From positions 1 to 60,357 of IMG/VR virus record IMGVR_UViG_3300035211_000039: a DNA stretch of 60,357 bases; one strand, 5' to 3'. Each line of letters begins with the position of its first letter. Position 1 is the first letter of the stretch. Positions 53,773 through 60,357 of this stretch are shown piece after piece. The notes beneath the pieces are model-generated. The model did not search any database. It saw only the letters and a list, made by a program, of their open reading frames with translations, and was not told the DNA's origin. The stretch is from a virus. Its lineage: Duplodnaviria; Caudoviricetes. The translations under genes were made by a program, and so were the position numbers.

Positions 53773-54602
53773 ATGATATCCCAATGTTCCAGGTCGGTGA
53801 TCTCGTCGGCCTCGTTCGATGCGAGAAGCGTTGACCGTATTGATTCGACCGAACTTGCAAAAAGCGCCTGGTGGACCTTGTAGGAAAGAGATAGGTCGGC
53901 ATAGTCTGGTGCGTCCGGCATCGGGACCTTCAACAGCATCATCACGTTCCATCCGACCAAACCCATATGGTACTCAGAAGGAATATCTGTAACCGCGTCA
54001 GGCCTTTGGGAATAATCGACAATGAGGTCATAGGAAAAGTCGATGTAATCGACAACGACGGTCTTTCCTTCCGGATACCATCGGCCCCTATCTCTCAATG
54101 ATTGGGCCTCGGCGTTCTTTTTGACCAGCTTCCTGAAAGAGTTTTGATCCCACTTAATGATATAGCCGCCAGATGTGTATGCGGCGTTCCCGGTGGATCC
54201 GTTCAAAGTCACGTTGTCATCGTCGACGTTAGTTACCTTGAAAAGACCGTTGGCCGCCGTGTTGCCGCCAACATCGCAGATGAATGCAATGTCATCATCA
54301 ACAAGCCCATGGTCTGCAGCCTCGATATTGATAGGGCTGGCGTTGGTGGCATCGGTGATTGCAGTGGCGTTCGTCCTGGAATCGAACACGTTGAGGACCG
54401 TCTGACAGTCATCCGGCCAGTTAAAAACGTTGGTGTAAGAGGTAAGGATCTTGCGCCCCCTGAAGAACGAGGGGGCACAAGTCTTGATCTCATTACCGAG
54501 CGTTAGAACGCCCTGAAGGGTCATCGCCTCAATATCTGTAGACGAGAACCGAGGGTTTCTAAGGCCCCTCCTGGTAAGTTCGGTAATCGTCGCCTGGTCC
54601 AT
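53769..54602 (-). CDS. Head-tail adaptor-like protein 1 with inserted beta domain (E1-FCCH-like)
   Basis: ITDATNASP..HGL..V.GNT.ANG..YTSGG; DY..RP..DIP.EYH..LV. Confidence 0.7.
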   Translation of the reverse strand: MDQATITELTRRGLRNPRFSSTDIEAMTLQGVLTLGNEIKTCAPSFFRGRKILTSYTNVFNWPDDCQTVLNVFDSRTNATAITDATNASPINIEAADHGLVDDDIAFICDVGGNTAANGLFKVTNVDDDNVTLNGSTGNAAYTSGGYIIKWDQNSFRKLVKKNAEAQSLRDRGRWYPEGKTVVVDYIDFSYDLIVDYSQRPDAVTDIPSEYHMGLVGWNVMMLLKVPMPDAPDYADLSLSYKVHQALFASSVESIRSTLLASNEADEITDLEHWDII

Positions 54603-54871
54603 CAGTAACCAATGGCCCACCAGATGCCATCCTCATCGTCGGACGTCACCACGGTAACGGCGCTTCCGTCGACCGGAAAGTCTTCGTTGATTACCGGTGC
54701 GGTGGCGATAACAGCAGAACCGCAGGGCTGAAGGAATAAATTCTCACACATCCGGAGGCCGGTGTCGATGTTTCCACCAGTGTCACCGCTTCCGTTTGTG
54801 TAGGTTCCCCACGCCCAGCGCCTGTTACCAACCGCTATTGGACGTTGTGTGATTGCTGATTCAAATGCCAT
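54602..54871 (-). CDS. Small virion-module protein
   Basis: AGGAG RBS; position. Confidence 0.7.
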   Translation of the reverse strand: MAFESAITQRPIAVGNRRWAWGTYTNGSGDTGGNIDTGLRMCENLFLQPCGSAVIATAPVINEDFPVDGSAVTVVTSDDEDGIWWAIGY

Positions 54872-54899
54872 AATATTTTCTCCTGCCGGCTATGTTGGA

Positions 54900-55673
54900 T
54901 TAATACCCGATACGGATGTTCACCAAGACAGCCTCGTTATCGGTGATATCGGCCTCGTCAATGATATATCCGAGGATATGGCGATAGCCAGCAAGTACCG
55001 CAGCTGCATCCGGAGTGCCGTCGATGTATCCGTAACCGGCGTGGTTCAAGGAAGGATTGATGATCTTTTCGTCCAGCTCGAGACCGGCCGCGGCGGCGGC
55101 GACATCGATCAGCATGGCACCATCACCAAGGACCTGACCCCAGAAATAATAGCTCGCGGTGATCGTTCGCTGGGGAACGCATACCGGGAGCTGTTGGCCG
55201 TCAGTCGGGTTGACGACAACGCCATTGTACTTGTTTTTGTAGAGCGTGACATCGGTGTCGGAAGTGCTCCAGGCAGTTGCGAGTCCAGGCTCGATCTGGC
55301 AGGTGAATGTCGCGCCTGCCGTTGCGGCGGTATTGCTCACAATGTCGTAGGATTCACCAATTCCGGTGCCGGCCGTTACGACCAGGCGGCCACCAGCGTA
55401 TGCATTGGCGGCGGTTCCAGAACCGCTGTCGGTGATCGTGACCTGTTCGGTGCCGATGGCATGAGCCACGGTAACGGTCTGCTCATTCATTCCGGAGGTG
55501 ATGACGGATGCACATACGGCCCCCGGGGCCAGTGCAACAGCTCCGTTTTTGCAATAAACAAAAACTCGGCCGTCCCTCATTCTTCGAATGGTACCCAACT
55601 CCTCTTTCTGGGTCGCAGATTCGGCATACAGACCTTGAAGGAATCGGGTTGCTTTTAGAGGCTTGAAATCCAT
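54900..55673 (-). CDS. Capsid cement/decoration-like protein
   Basis: LGT..DGRVFVYCK..YFWGQV.G; follows MCP. Confidence 0.7.
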   Translation of the reverse strand: MDFKPLKATRFLQGLYAESATQKEELGTIRRMRDGRVFVYCKNGAVALAPGAVCASVITSGMNEQTVTVAHAIGTEQVTITDSGSGTAANAYAGGRLVVTAGTGIGESYDIVSNTAATAGATFTCQIEPGLATAWSTSDTDVTLYKNKYNGVVVNPTDGQQLPVCVPQRTITASYYFWGQVLGDGAMLIDVAAAAAGLELDEKIINPSLNHAGYGYIDGTPDAAAVLAGYRHILGYIIDEADITDNEAVLVNIRIGY

Positions 55674-55763
55674 GATTTTGCTCTCCTTTTTCGTGTTGCT
55701 TGGCTAATTTGGTAATCTATCCCTGGTTTCAATTATATCCTATGTCAGGCCGGTACCGATAGC

Positions 55764-56738
55764 CTAACTGATGGAGCTGTACCCCTGATGGGCCTTGCGG
55801 TTGTTGCAAACCATGTTCCCGTCGAAATAGATCTTCATGGTCTTATCATCGGGACTGTCGGGAACGACGCGCCACTTGGAACGCATGAACATGCCGGTCT
55901 TGTAAACCGCAAATCCGATGTGCTTGGAGTTCAGCCAGAACATATGGGATTCAGGGCAGTAATCGTCGGGGAAGATCTCCATCCCCTCGAACCACAATCC
56001 GGTGAAGCCGGCCTTGACAGTTTCCTTGCCGTCGGTGAATCGCTGTTGAGCCTGGAGGATATCGGCAACTACGTTGTAATTGGCCTCGGTGGTGACAACC
56101 AGGTTTGGTTTGCCGTACATTCCGTCGCGCAGCTTGGCCGCACTTCGACCGGTTCTCAGGGTATTGAGTTGGATCGTGGTTGCGGTTGAGGTCATCTTAC
56201 CTTCCCACGGCTTTGTTCCATCGGCCGCGGCAAGATCGTTTTCGGCAATGCCGCCATAGGCTGTCGTTGCGGTCTCGTTGCACAGGGCCCGTAGACCGGT
56301 GAGGCGCTTGGAGCTTCCACCAGGTAGGTCATAGATGCTGGATGCCAGGAGCGAGGTGATGGACTTCTGGGCGCCGGCCACTTTGGACTGAGCCAGCTGA
56401 ACTTCGGCATACTCGCCATTGTTTTTCAGCTCATCGATGCGCAGGATGGTGGCGTTACCATAGGCATGCTTCGGCTCGAAGTAGGCCGCGTTGATGTTGT
56501 CGCGGAAATCCGAACTGATGGTGTCTCCACGGCCGTAGAACCCTGCTTCCTGGCCATCGTACTCGAGCGGGATGCGGAACTTCTCGCCTCCCGGGGGGCG
56601 TTCCATGATACCTTTTTTCTGTTTCAACAGATAGTTGAGCAGAAAAGAGGTGTAAAAGTACAGATCGACCGCCTTGCCGCCGTCTGCAGCGAAATAGTCG
56701 TTGGTGACTGATTCGAGTTCATCAAAAGTGAGTGTCAT
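55764..56738 (-). CDS. Major capsid protein
   Basis: 324 aa after scaffold; GG..RIPLEY, LTGL, GF.GL.F.G..I.PD..CP, M.C.NRK. Confidence 0.88.
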   Translation of the reverse strand: MTLTFDELESVTNDYFAADGGKAVDLYFYTSFLLNYLLKQKKGIMERPPGGEKFRIPLEYDGQEAGFYGRGDTISSDFRDNINAAYFEPKHAYGNATILRIDELKNNGEYAEVQLAQSKVAGAQKSITSLLASSIYDLPGGSSKRLTGLRALCNETATTAYGGIAENDLAAADGTKPWEGKMTSTATTIQLNTLRTGRSAAKLRDGMYGKPNLVVTTEANYNVVADILQAQQRFTDGKETVKAGFTGLWFEGMEIFPDDYCPESHMFWLNSKHIGFAVYKTGMFMRSKWRVVPDSPDDKTMKIYFDGNMVCNNRKAHQGYSSIS

Positions 56739-56751
56739 CTTTTAATTTCTC

Positions 56752-57687
56752 CTATGATGCCTTGCGCCTTCTCGCGGCTAATCGATCAGCGAGTACCGAC
56801 GTAAGCCCCCCACGCTTGGAGGTGTCGGAAAGCTCTGAGTCTTTAACCGTTGTCGGTGTCGGTCCCGCGTCTATGCTGCGGATATTGCGCTTGGCTTTAA
56901 TGTTTTGCTCAAACTCCTTGCGGAGTTTTTCGGTTGCCTCCTTAACGGCAGCCTCAATTTTTTGGTTGACGGACTCCTCGCGCCTCTCTTCTGTCAGTGC
57001 ATAGTAGGCAGAAAATGCGTTGTGCCACGGGTTCTCATCGATGAATTTCTTTAGCGAGCCATCCTTGATCATCGGCTCAAAATCTTCGTGATCCCCCTTG
57101 AAGGCCTCCAGGTTCTTGTTGAACTCCTTTTTAATGCCTTCTTGCTGCTGAGTCTGCTGAACCTTTGCGTTCTCTGACCGATAGGTCTCCATCGTTTCGT
57201 GCTGTATTTGTGCAGCGAGGTTTCCCATGAACCCGACCATATCGTCATCGAACCAATCCTGAAGTTCGTTTTTCGACATGGTGGCCATGTTCTTGTAATT
57301 AGGTTTTGCGCCGTCATTTGATTCTGTCGACGGCTTTGTGGCCTTGATGATCTCAAGTTGGCCCTCGAGGTTGGCGATTTTGGTCTCGAAACCCTGCCTG
57401 AGCTGGTCTACCTCAGACTTGTGCTGGTCGATCTTTTCCTTGAATCGACTGTACGGAATGTCTCCGTGCTCGTCCTCTTTCGGGGTTTCTTCGCCACCCT
57501 CTTTGCTTTTGCCTGGTTCAGCGCTGTCAGCTTTGGTTGCGGTTTCACCCTCTTTCGCGGGGCCCTCGGTTTCAGCACTTTCGCTTGGCGCCTCAAACTC
57601 TGCCGTGCTGAGAAACTCGCCTGACTCCATCGGAACTGACGGGGTTCCGGTATCGTTTAACGTCGCTTCCTGATCTTGCTCTGCCAT
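56752..57687 (-). CDS. Capsid scaffolding protein
   Basis: Acidic N-terminus, IPYSRFKE, coiled coil; directly upstream of MCP. Confidence 0.8.
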   Translation of the reverse strand: MAEQDQEATLNDTGTPSVPMESGEFLSTAEFEAPSESAETEGPAKEGETATKADSAEPGKSKEGGEETPKEDEHGDIPYSRFKEKIDQHKSEVDQLRQGFETKIANLEGQLEIIKATKPSTESNDGAKPNYKNMATMSKNELQDWFDDDMVGFMGNLAAQIQHETMETYRSENAKVQQTQQQEGIKKEFNKNLEAFKGDHEDFEPMIKDGSLKKFIDENPWHNAFSAYYALTEERREESVNQKIEAAVKEATEKLRKEFEQNIKAKRNIRSIDAGPTPTTVKDSELSDTSKRGGLTSVLADRLAARRRKAS

Positions 57688-57746
57688 CTTTAAATTCCTT
57701 TTGTTTGGGTTGGTGCCGGATGCGATCCCGGCTTACGTCGACCAAT

Positions 57747-57822
57747 AAAAAAACCCGAACCAGAGATTAATCTCCAATTCGGGTTTCCAAGACCTATATT
57801 AGGTTGGGTTAAGACCCTATGT
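57747..57822 (-). terminator. Attenuator-like element with intrinsic terminator before scaffold
   Basis: AAACCCGAA..TTAA..TTCGGG followed by T7; two upstream hairpins as at 39154-39249. Confidence 0.75.
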
Positions 57823-57824
57823 TT

Positions 57825-58103
57825 TTAACAAAAATTATTGCGTCGGACACCACTGTGCTTGTCTGCTAAAACATTGTTTATTGCGAACCAACCTGGTTCA
57901 TCTAAAGATGTAATCTCATGTAACTCATTGAGATGTCCGAATATATTAAAAATATACTCGCTTGGCGTCGAAACCATAAAGAGAACCGTCACTCCATTGT
58001 TTTCAATATTGGAAAGGCTTTCTGTTTCTTCTGCCTTATACGCCCTGTCCATGTCTCGGTAGTCATCCATCCTAAAACCCTGCCGATGGCCAAAGTTCTT
58101 CAC
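57825..58103 (-). CDS. Hypothetical protein
   Basis: AT-rich ORF; start uncertain. Confidence 0.5.
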   Translation of the reverse strand: MKNFGHRQGFRMDDYRDMDRAYKAEETESLSNIENNGVTVLFMVSTPSEYIFNIFGHLNELHEITSLDEPGWFAINNVLADKHSGVRRNNFC

Positions 58104-58395
58104 AAAGGCAATTGCGTAAATGTTCAGACATCATCTCGCCTTGCCGATTCATGTGGTCCATGAATTCTTGAGACGGCCTATAATGAGCTAGATCTGCACC
58201 AACATCTCGATACGCCAACTCTTGCAACTCTTTTAGATAATTAAGTGCATTAACGAACTCTATAGGGGCTGACAAAAGAAAATGAACAGGCACACCATTA
58301 GCTCGCCGTCTCTCGGCCTCGGCAATCATGTCGATTGTAATCTCGCGCCGGCCGCTTTCATTGACAACCTGTCTTATGTGTGGGTCGAGTATCAT
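58072..58395 (-). CDS. Hypothetical protein
   Basis: GAGGAG RBS. Confidence 0.65.
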   Translation of the reverse strand: MILDPHIRQVVNESGRREITIDMIAEAERRRANGVPVHFLLSAPIEFVNALNYLKELQELAYRDVGADLAHYRPSQEFMDHMNRQGEMMSEHLRNCLCEELWPSAGF

Positions 58396-58414
58396 GTTAC
58401 TCCTCTTGGTAGCC

Positions 58415-58613
58415 TGATGGAAGACAACCCTTGTCCTGGCAGCCCGTTAGACTCCGCTATAACCACCCCCGGCGTCCCGTTGGTCGGGCATTGGGCGGGG
58501 GGCGCACTTACCCTTAGCCGGTGTCTGTTGCAATGTCGGAGCCTTACCCCACAAGGGAACCACAGATATGCTCTCCGAATCCGGGCTCATTGCAACACAA
58601 GGGTTGTCTATCA
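58415..58613 (-). ncRNA. Putative structured intergenic RNA
   Basis: Perfect 13-bp closing stem 58422-58434/58597-58609; TGTTGCAATG/CATTGCAACA; further hairpins. Confidence 0.55.
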
Positions 58614-58754
58614 TTAAATCACCTTTTCCTTGAAGTCCACCCTGGTTATGCCGCCTTGGGATATATGGATCTCTATCCGGCCTGTCTTCTTGTCTTGTAG
58701 AATAACACGCTGAAGAAAGTCAATCAAATCTTTCAGTTTTCCCTTGGCATCCAT
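58614..58754 (-). CDS. 46-aa protein, DUF2292/YezD-like
   Basis: Helix then TGRIEIHISQGGITRV; TGATG coupling. Confidence 0.6.
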   Translation of the reverse strand: MDAKGKLKDLIDFLQRVILQDKKTGRIEIHISQGGITRVDFKEKVI

Positions 58755-59125
58755 CACTTGGCTTTTGCCTTACCCCCGGACTTCTTTTTGGCGGCCTTAT
58801 TCTTTGCCTTGGGTTTCGGTGCGGCCTCATCTCTGGCCTTGGCGAACTTTTCGGCCGGAACCTCCGGTTCTTCGTAAAGGTCCTCGTCGGCCATCATCTG
58901 ATCGATGAGCTTCTGGCGCTCTAACGCGGCGGCATGGACGATCTTGTCTGTTGAGGGGACTTCACCCTCCACGGTGGCCTCAATACCCATGCCGTTGCGC
59001 TGAGTGTCGACTACCCTGAAATATCCTCTCCCGGTGTTGTTGAGATGTTGCTGGGCAAGAAACCGGTCGCGCCCTACTGCCGATTCGATGATGGGAAAAT
59101 CCCCGTTGATTTGTATTTTTCTCAT
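58754..59125 (-). CDS. Hypothetical protein with K/A-rich tail
   Basis: Coupled at both ends. Confidence 0.7.
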   Translation of the reverse strand: MRKIQINGDFPIIESAVGRDRFLAQQHLNNTGRGYFRVVDTQRNGMGIEATVEGEVPSTDKIVHAAALERQKLIDQMMADEDLYEEPEVPAEKFAKARDEAAPKPKAKNKAAKKKSGGKAKAK

Positions 59126-59499
59126 ATCTCTATCCTGTGCCTTTCCTGAAATTTACGCCAAACCTCTTTGTTCACCCTCGACATATCGGGAGCTTGAGGC
59201 CTCATTGGTTCGTTATTTTCAAGTGGCCGGATACCTTCTGACTTCATCCAGGCCCTGTAGTTTGATCTGTTCGGGTTCTTGATGAATTCCTGGGTGGCAG
59301 GGCTCGGGTTGTCCTTGTCGACCACTTCCAGGACGGACTTTAGCCAATCAGCATCTTCGTTGCCGGTATAGCATTGTCCGCACGATATGATCCGGTTGGC
59401 CTGAGCGCCACACTCGCAAGGAACGGATATTTCATCAATTCCGGCGATAGCCTCGAATATCTTATCGCATTTTGGGCATTCATGATCGTAGATTGGCAA
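59122..59499 (-). CDS. FmdB-family Zn-ribbon protein
   Basis: MPIYDHECPKC..FE..CECG..RIIS. Confidence 0.85.
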   Translation of the reverse strand: MPIYDHECPKCDKIFEAIAGIDEISVPCECGAQANRIISCGQCYTGNEDADWLKSVLEVVDKDNPSPATQEFIKNPNRSNYRAWMKSEGIRPLENNEPMRPQAPDMSRVNKEVWRKFQERHRIEI

Positions 59500-59806
59500 C
59501 TTTCATTCCTCCAATATCGACAGCCTTCACAATCTTTGCTTCTTGGCCGTGGCTTCTCCCGGACTTCAAAAGATCTATAGCGGACTCAAGGCTGTCTGCC
59601 TCAATGAGTTCCCACCCCTCAACGGCACCATTGTTTACAGCAAGAAATACGGAGTCGCCTTCATCTTTTTTTTCTGGAGTGTAATATTCGCACACCCCAT
59701 TTTTACCGACCTTAACACTTTTTAGGTTGCAAAACCCTCCGCTTCTTAGCTTGCAATCAGCATCACACATGAGAACAGAGTTTATTCTTCTTCCAAGTGA
59801 ATCCAT
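59480..59806 (-). CDS. Hypothetical Cys-containing protein
   Basis: GGAGG RBS. Confidence 0.65.
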   Translation of the reverse strand: MDSLGRRINSVLMCDADCKLRSGGFCNLKSVKVGKNGVCEYYTPEKKDEGDSVFLAVNNGAVEGWELIEADSLESAIDLLKSGRSHGQEAKIVKAVDIGGMKVANLRS

Positions 59807-59820
59807 ATTAAGGTGCCTCC

Positions 59821-60357
59821 CTACACCTTGTTGTTCGACCCCATACCACTTTCGTTGTAAGGGCCCTTGTCGGATTTGACGCCCTGTGCCGCCTTCACCC
59901 CAGCATTGAAACCCCCGAGAAGCTGTTTTTCCCTGTTGTCGGAGATCATGGCGTCTATCTTGGTCCAGTTCTGCTGGACTATCTCGGCGTCGAACTGAAT
60001 ACCTGCTATCTGAACTATCTGCTTAACCTTCTCGGTCTTGGATCTTTCGATGTTAAGCATTATTTCGGACTGTTGCTTGTTAAGTTCGATCTGTTTTTGA
60101 GCGTTCTCCATCTCGGCAGCCGGATCCTTGCCGGTCATCATGGCCTGGAGCATCATCGGTATGGTGGGCATCTTGCCGGTTTTGAGGGCCTTTTCGATCT
60201 CCTTCATGTCGGCGTCGGCCACCATCTTCAGGTACTGCAGGAACTGCGGAGGCGCCCCCAGCGCGCCGAGCTTTTTAAGCAGATCTCCCAATGGGCCCAT
60301 GGCCAATCTCTTGGTAAGGTTCTTTCTGTCGGGCCACTCAAGGCGCTTTAATAGCTC
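59821..60357 (-). CDS. Portal protein, C-terminal part
   Basis: In frame with 1817..9 across the overlap; Q-rich helical tail. Confidence 0.85.
   Translation of the reverse strand, partial: ELLKRLEWPDRKNLTKRLAMGPLGDLLKKLGALGAPPQFLQYLKMVADADMKEIEKALKTGKMPTIPMMLQAMMTGKDPAAEMENAQKQIELNKQQSEIMLNIERSKTEKVKQIVQIAGIQFDAEIVQQNWTKIDAMISDNREKQLLGGFNAGVKAAQGVKSDKGPYNESGMGSNNKV
60232..60357. repeat. 126-bp terminal overlap, right copy
   Basis: Identical to 9-134. Confidence 0.95.

Overview
This window is an apparently complete, circularly permuted ~60.2 kb genome of a tailed dsDNA phage. A 126-bp end overlap splits the portal gene, and 8 nt of Illumina adapter sit at the start. The layout is podovirus/P22-like: terminases, portal, scaffold, major capsid, adaptors, nozzle and ejection proteins including a 2.7k-aa polyvalent protein, with no tape measure or sheath. 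There are two divergent arms around a Cro-like gene at ~11.2 kb. The plus arm (11.3-30.1 kb) holds recombination, DNA-modification and many small accessory genes; the minus arm holds replication, packaging, structure and putative lysis. No integrase, CI-like repressor or canonical endolysin is recognisable. Most notable: (1) a terminase intein whose HNH endonuclease is overprinted in a different reading frame with its own RBS; (2) Sec-type signal peptides on six neck/tail-module proteins; (3) an MBL hydrolase gene whose HxHxDH motif is split by a 7-nt stop-containing insert; (4) a tRNA-like RNA with an expanded anticodon arm, two more structured intergenic RNAs and repeated attenuator-like elements in the late operon. 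All family calls come from motif recognition by eye; no searches were run.
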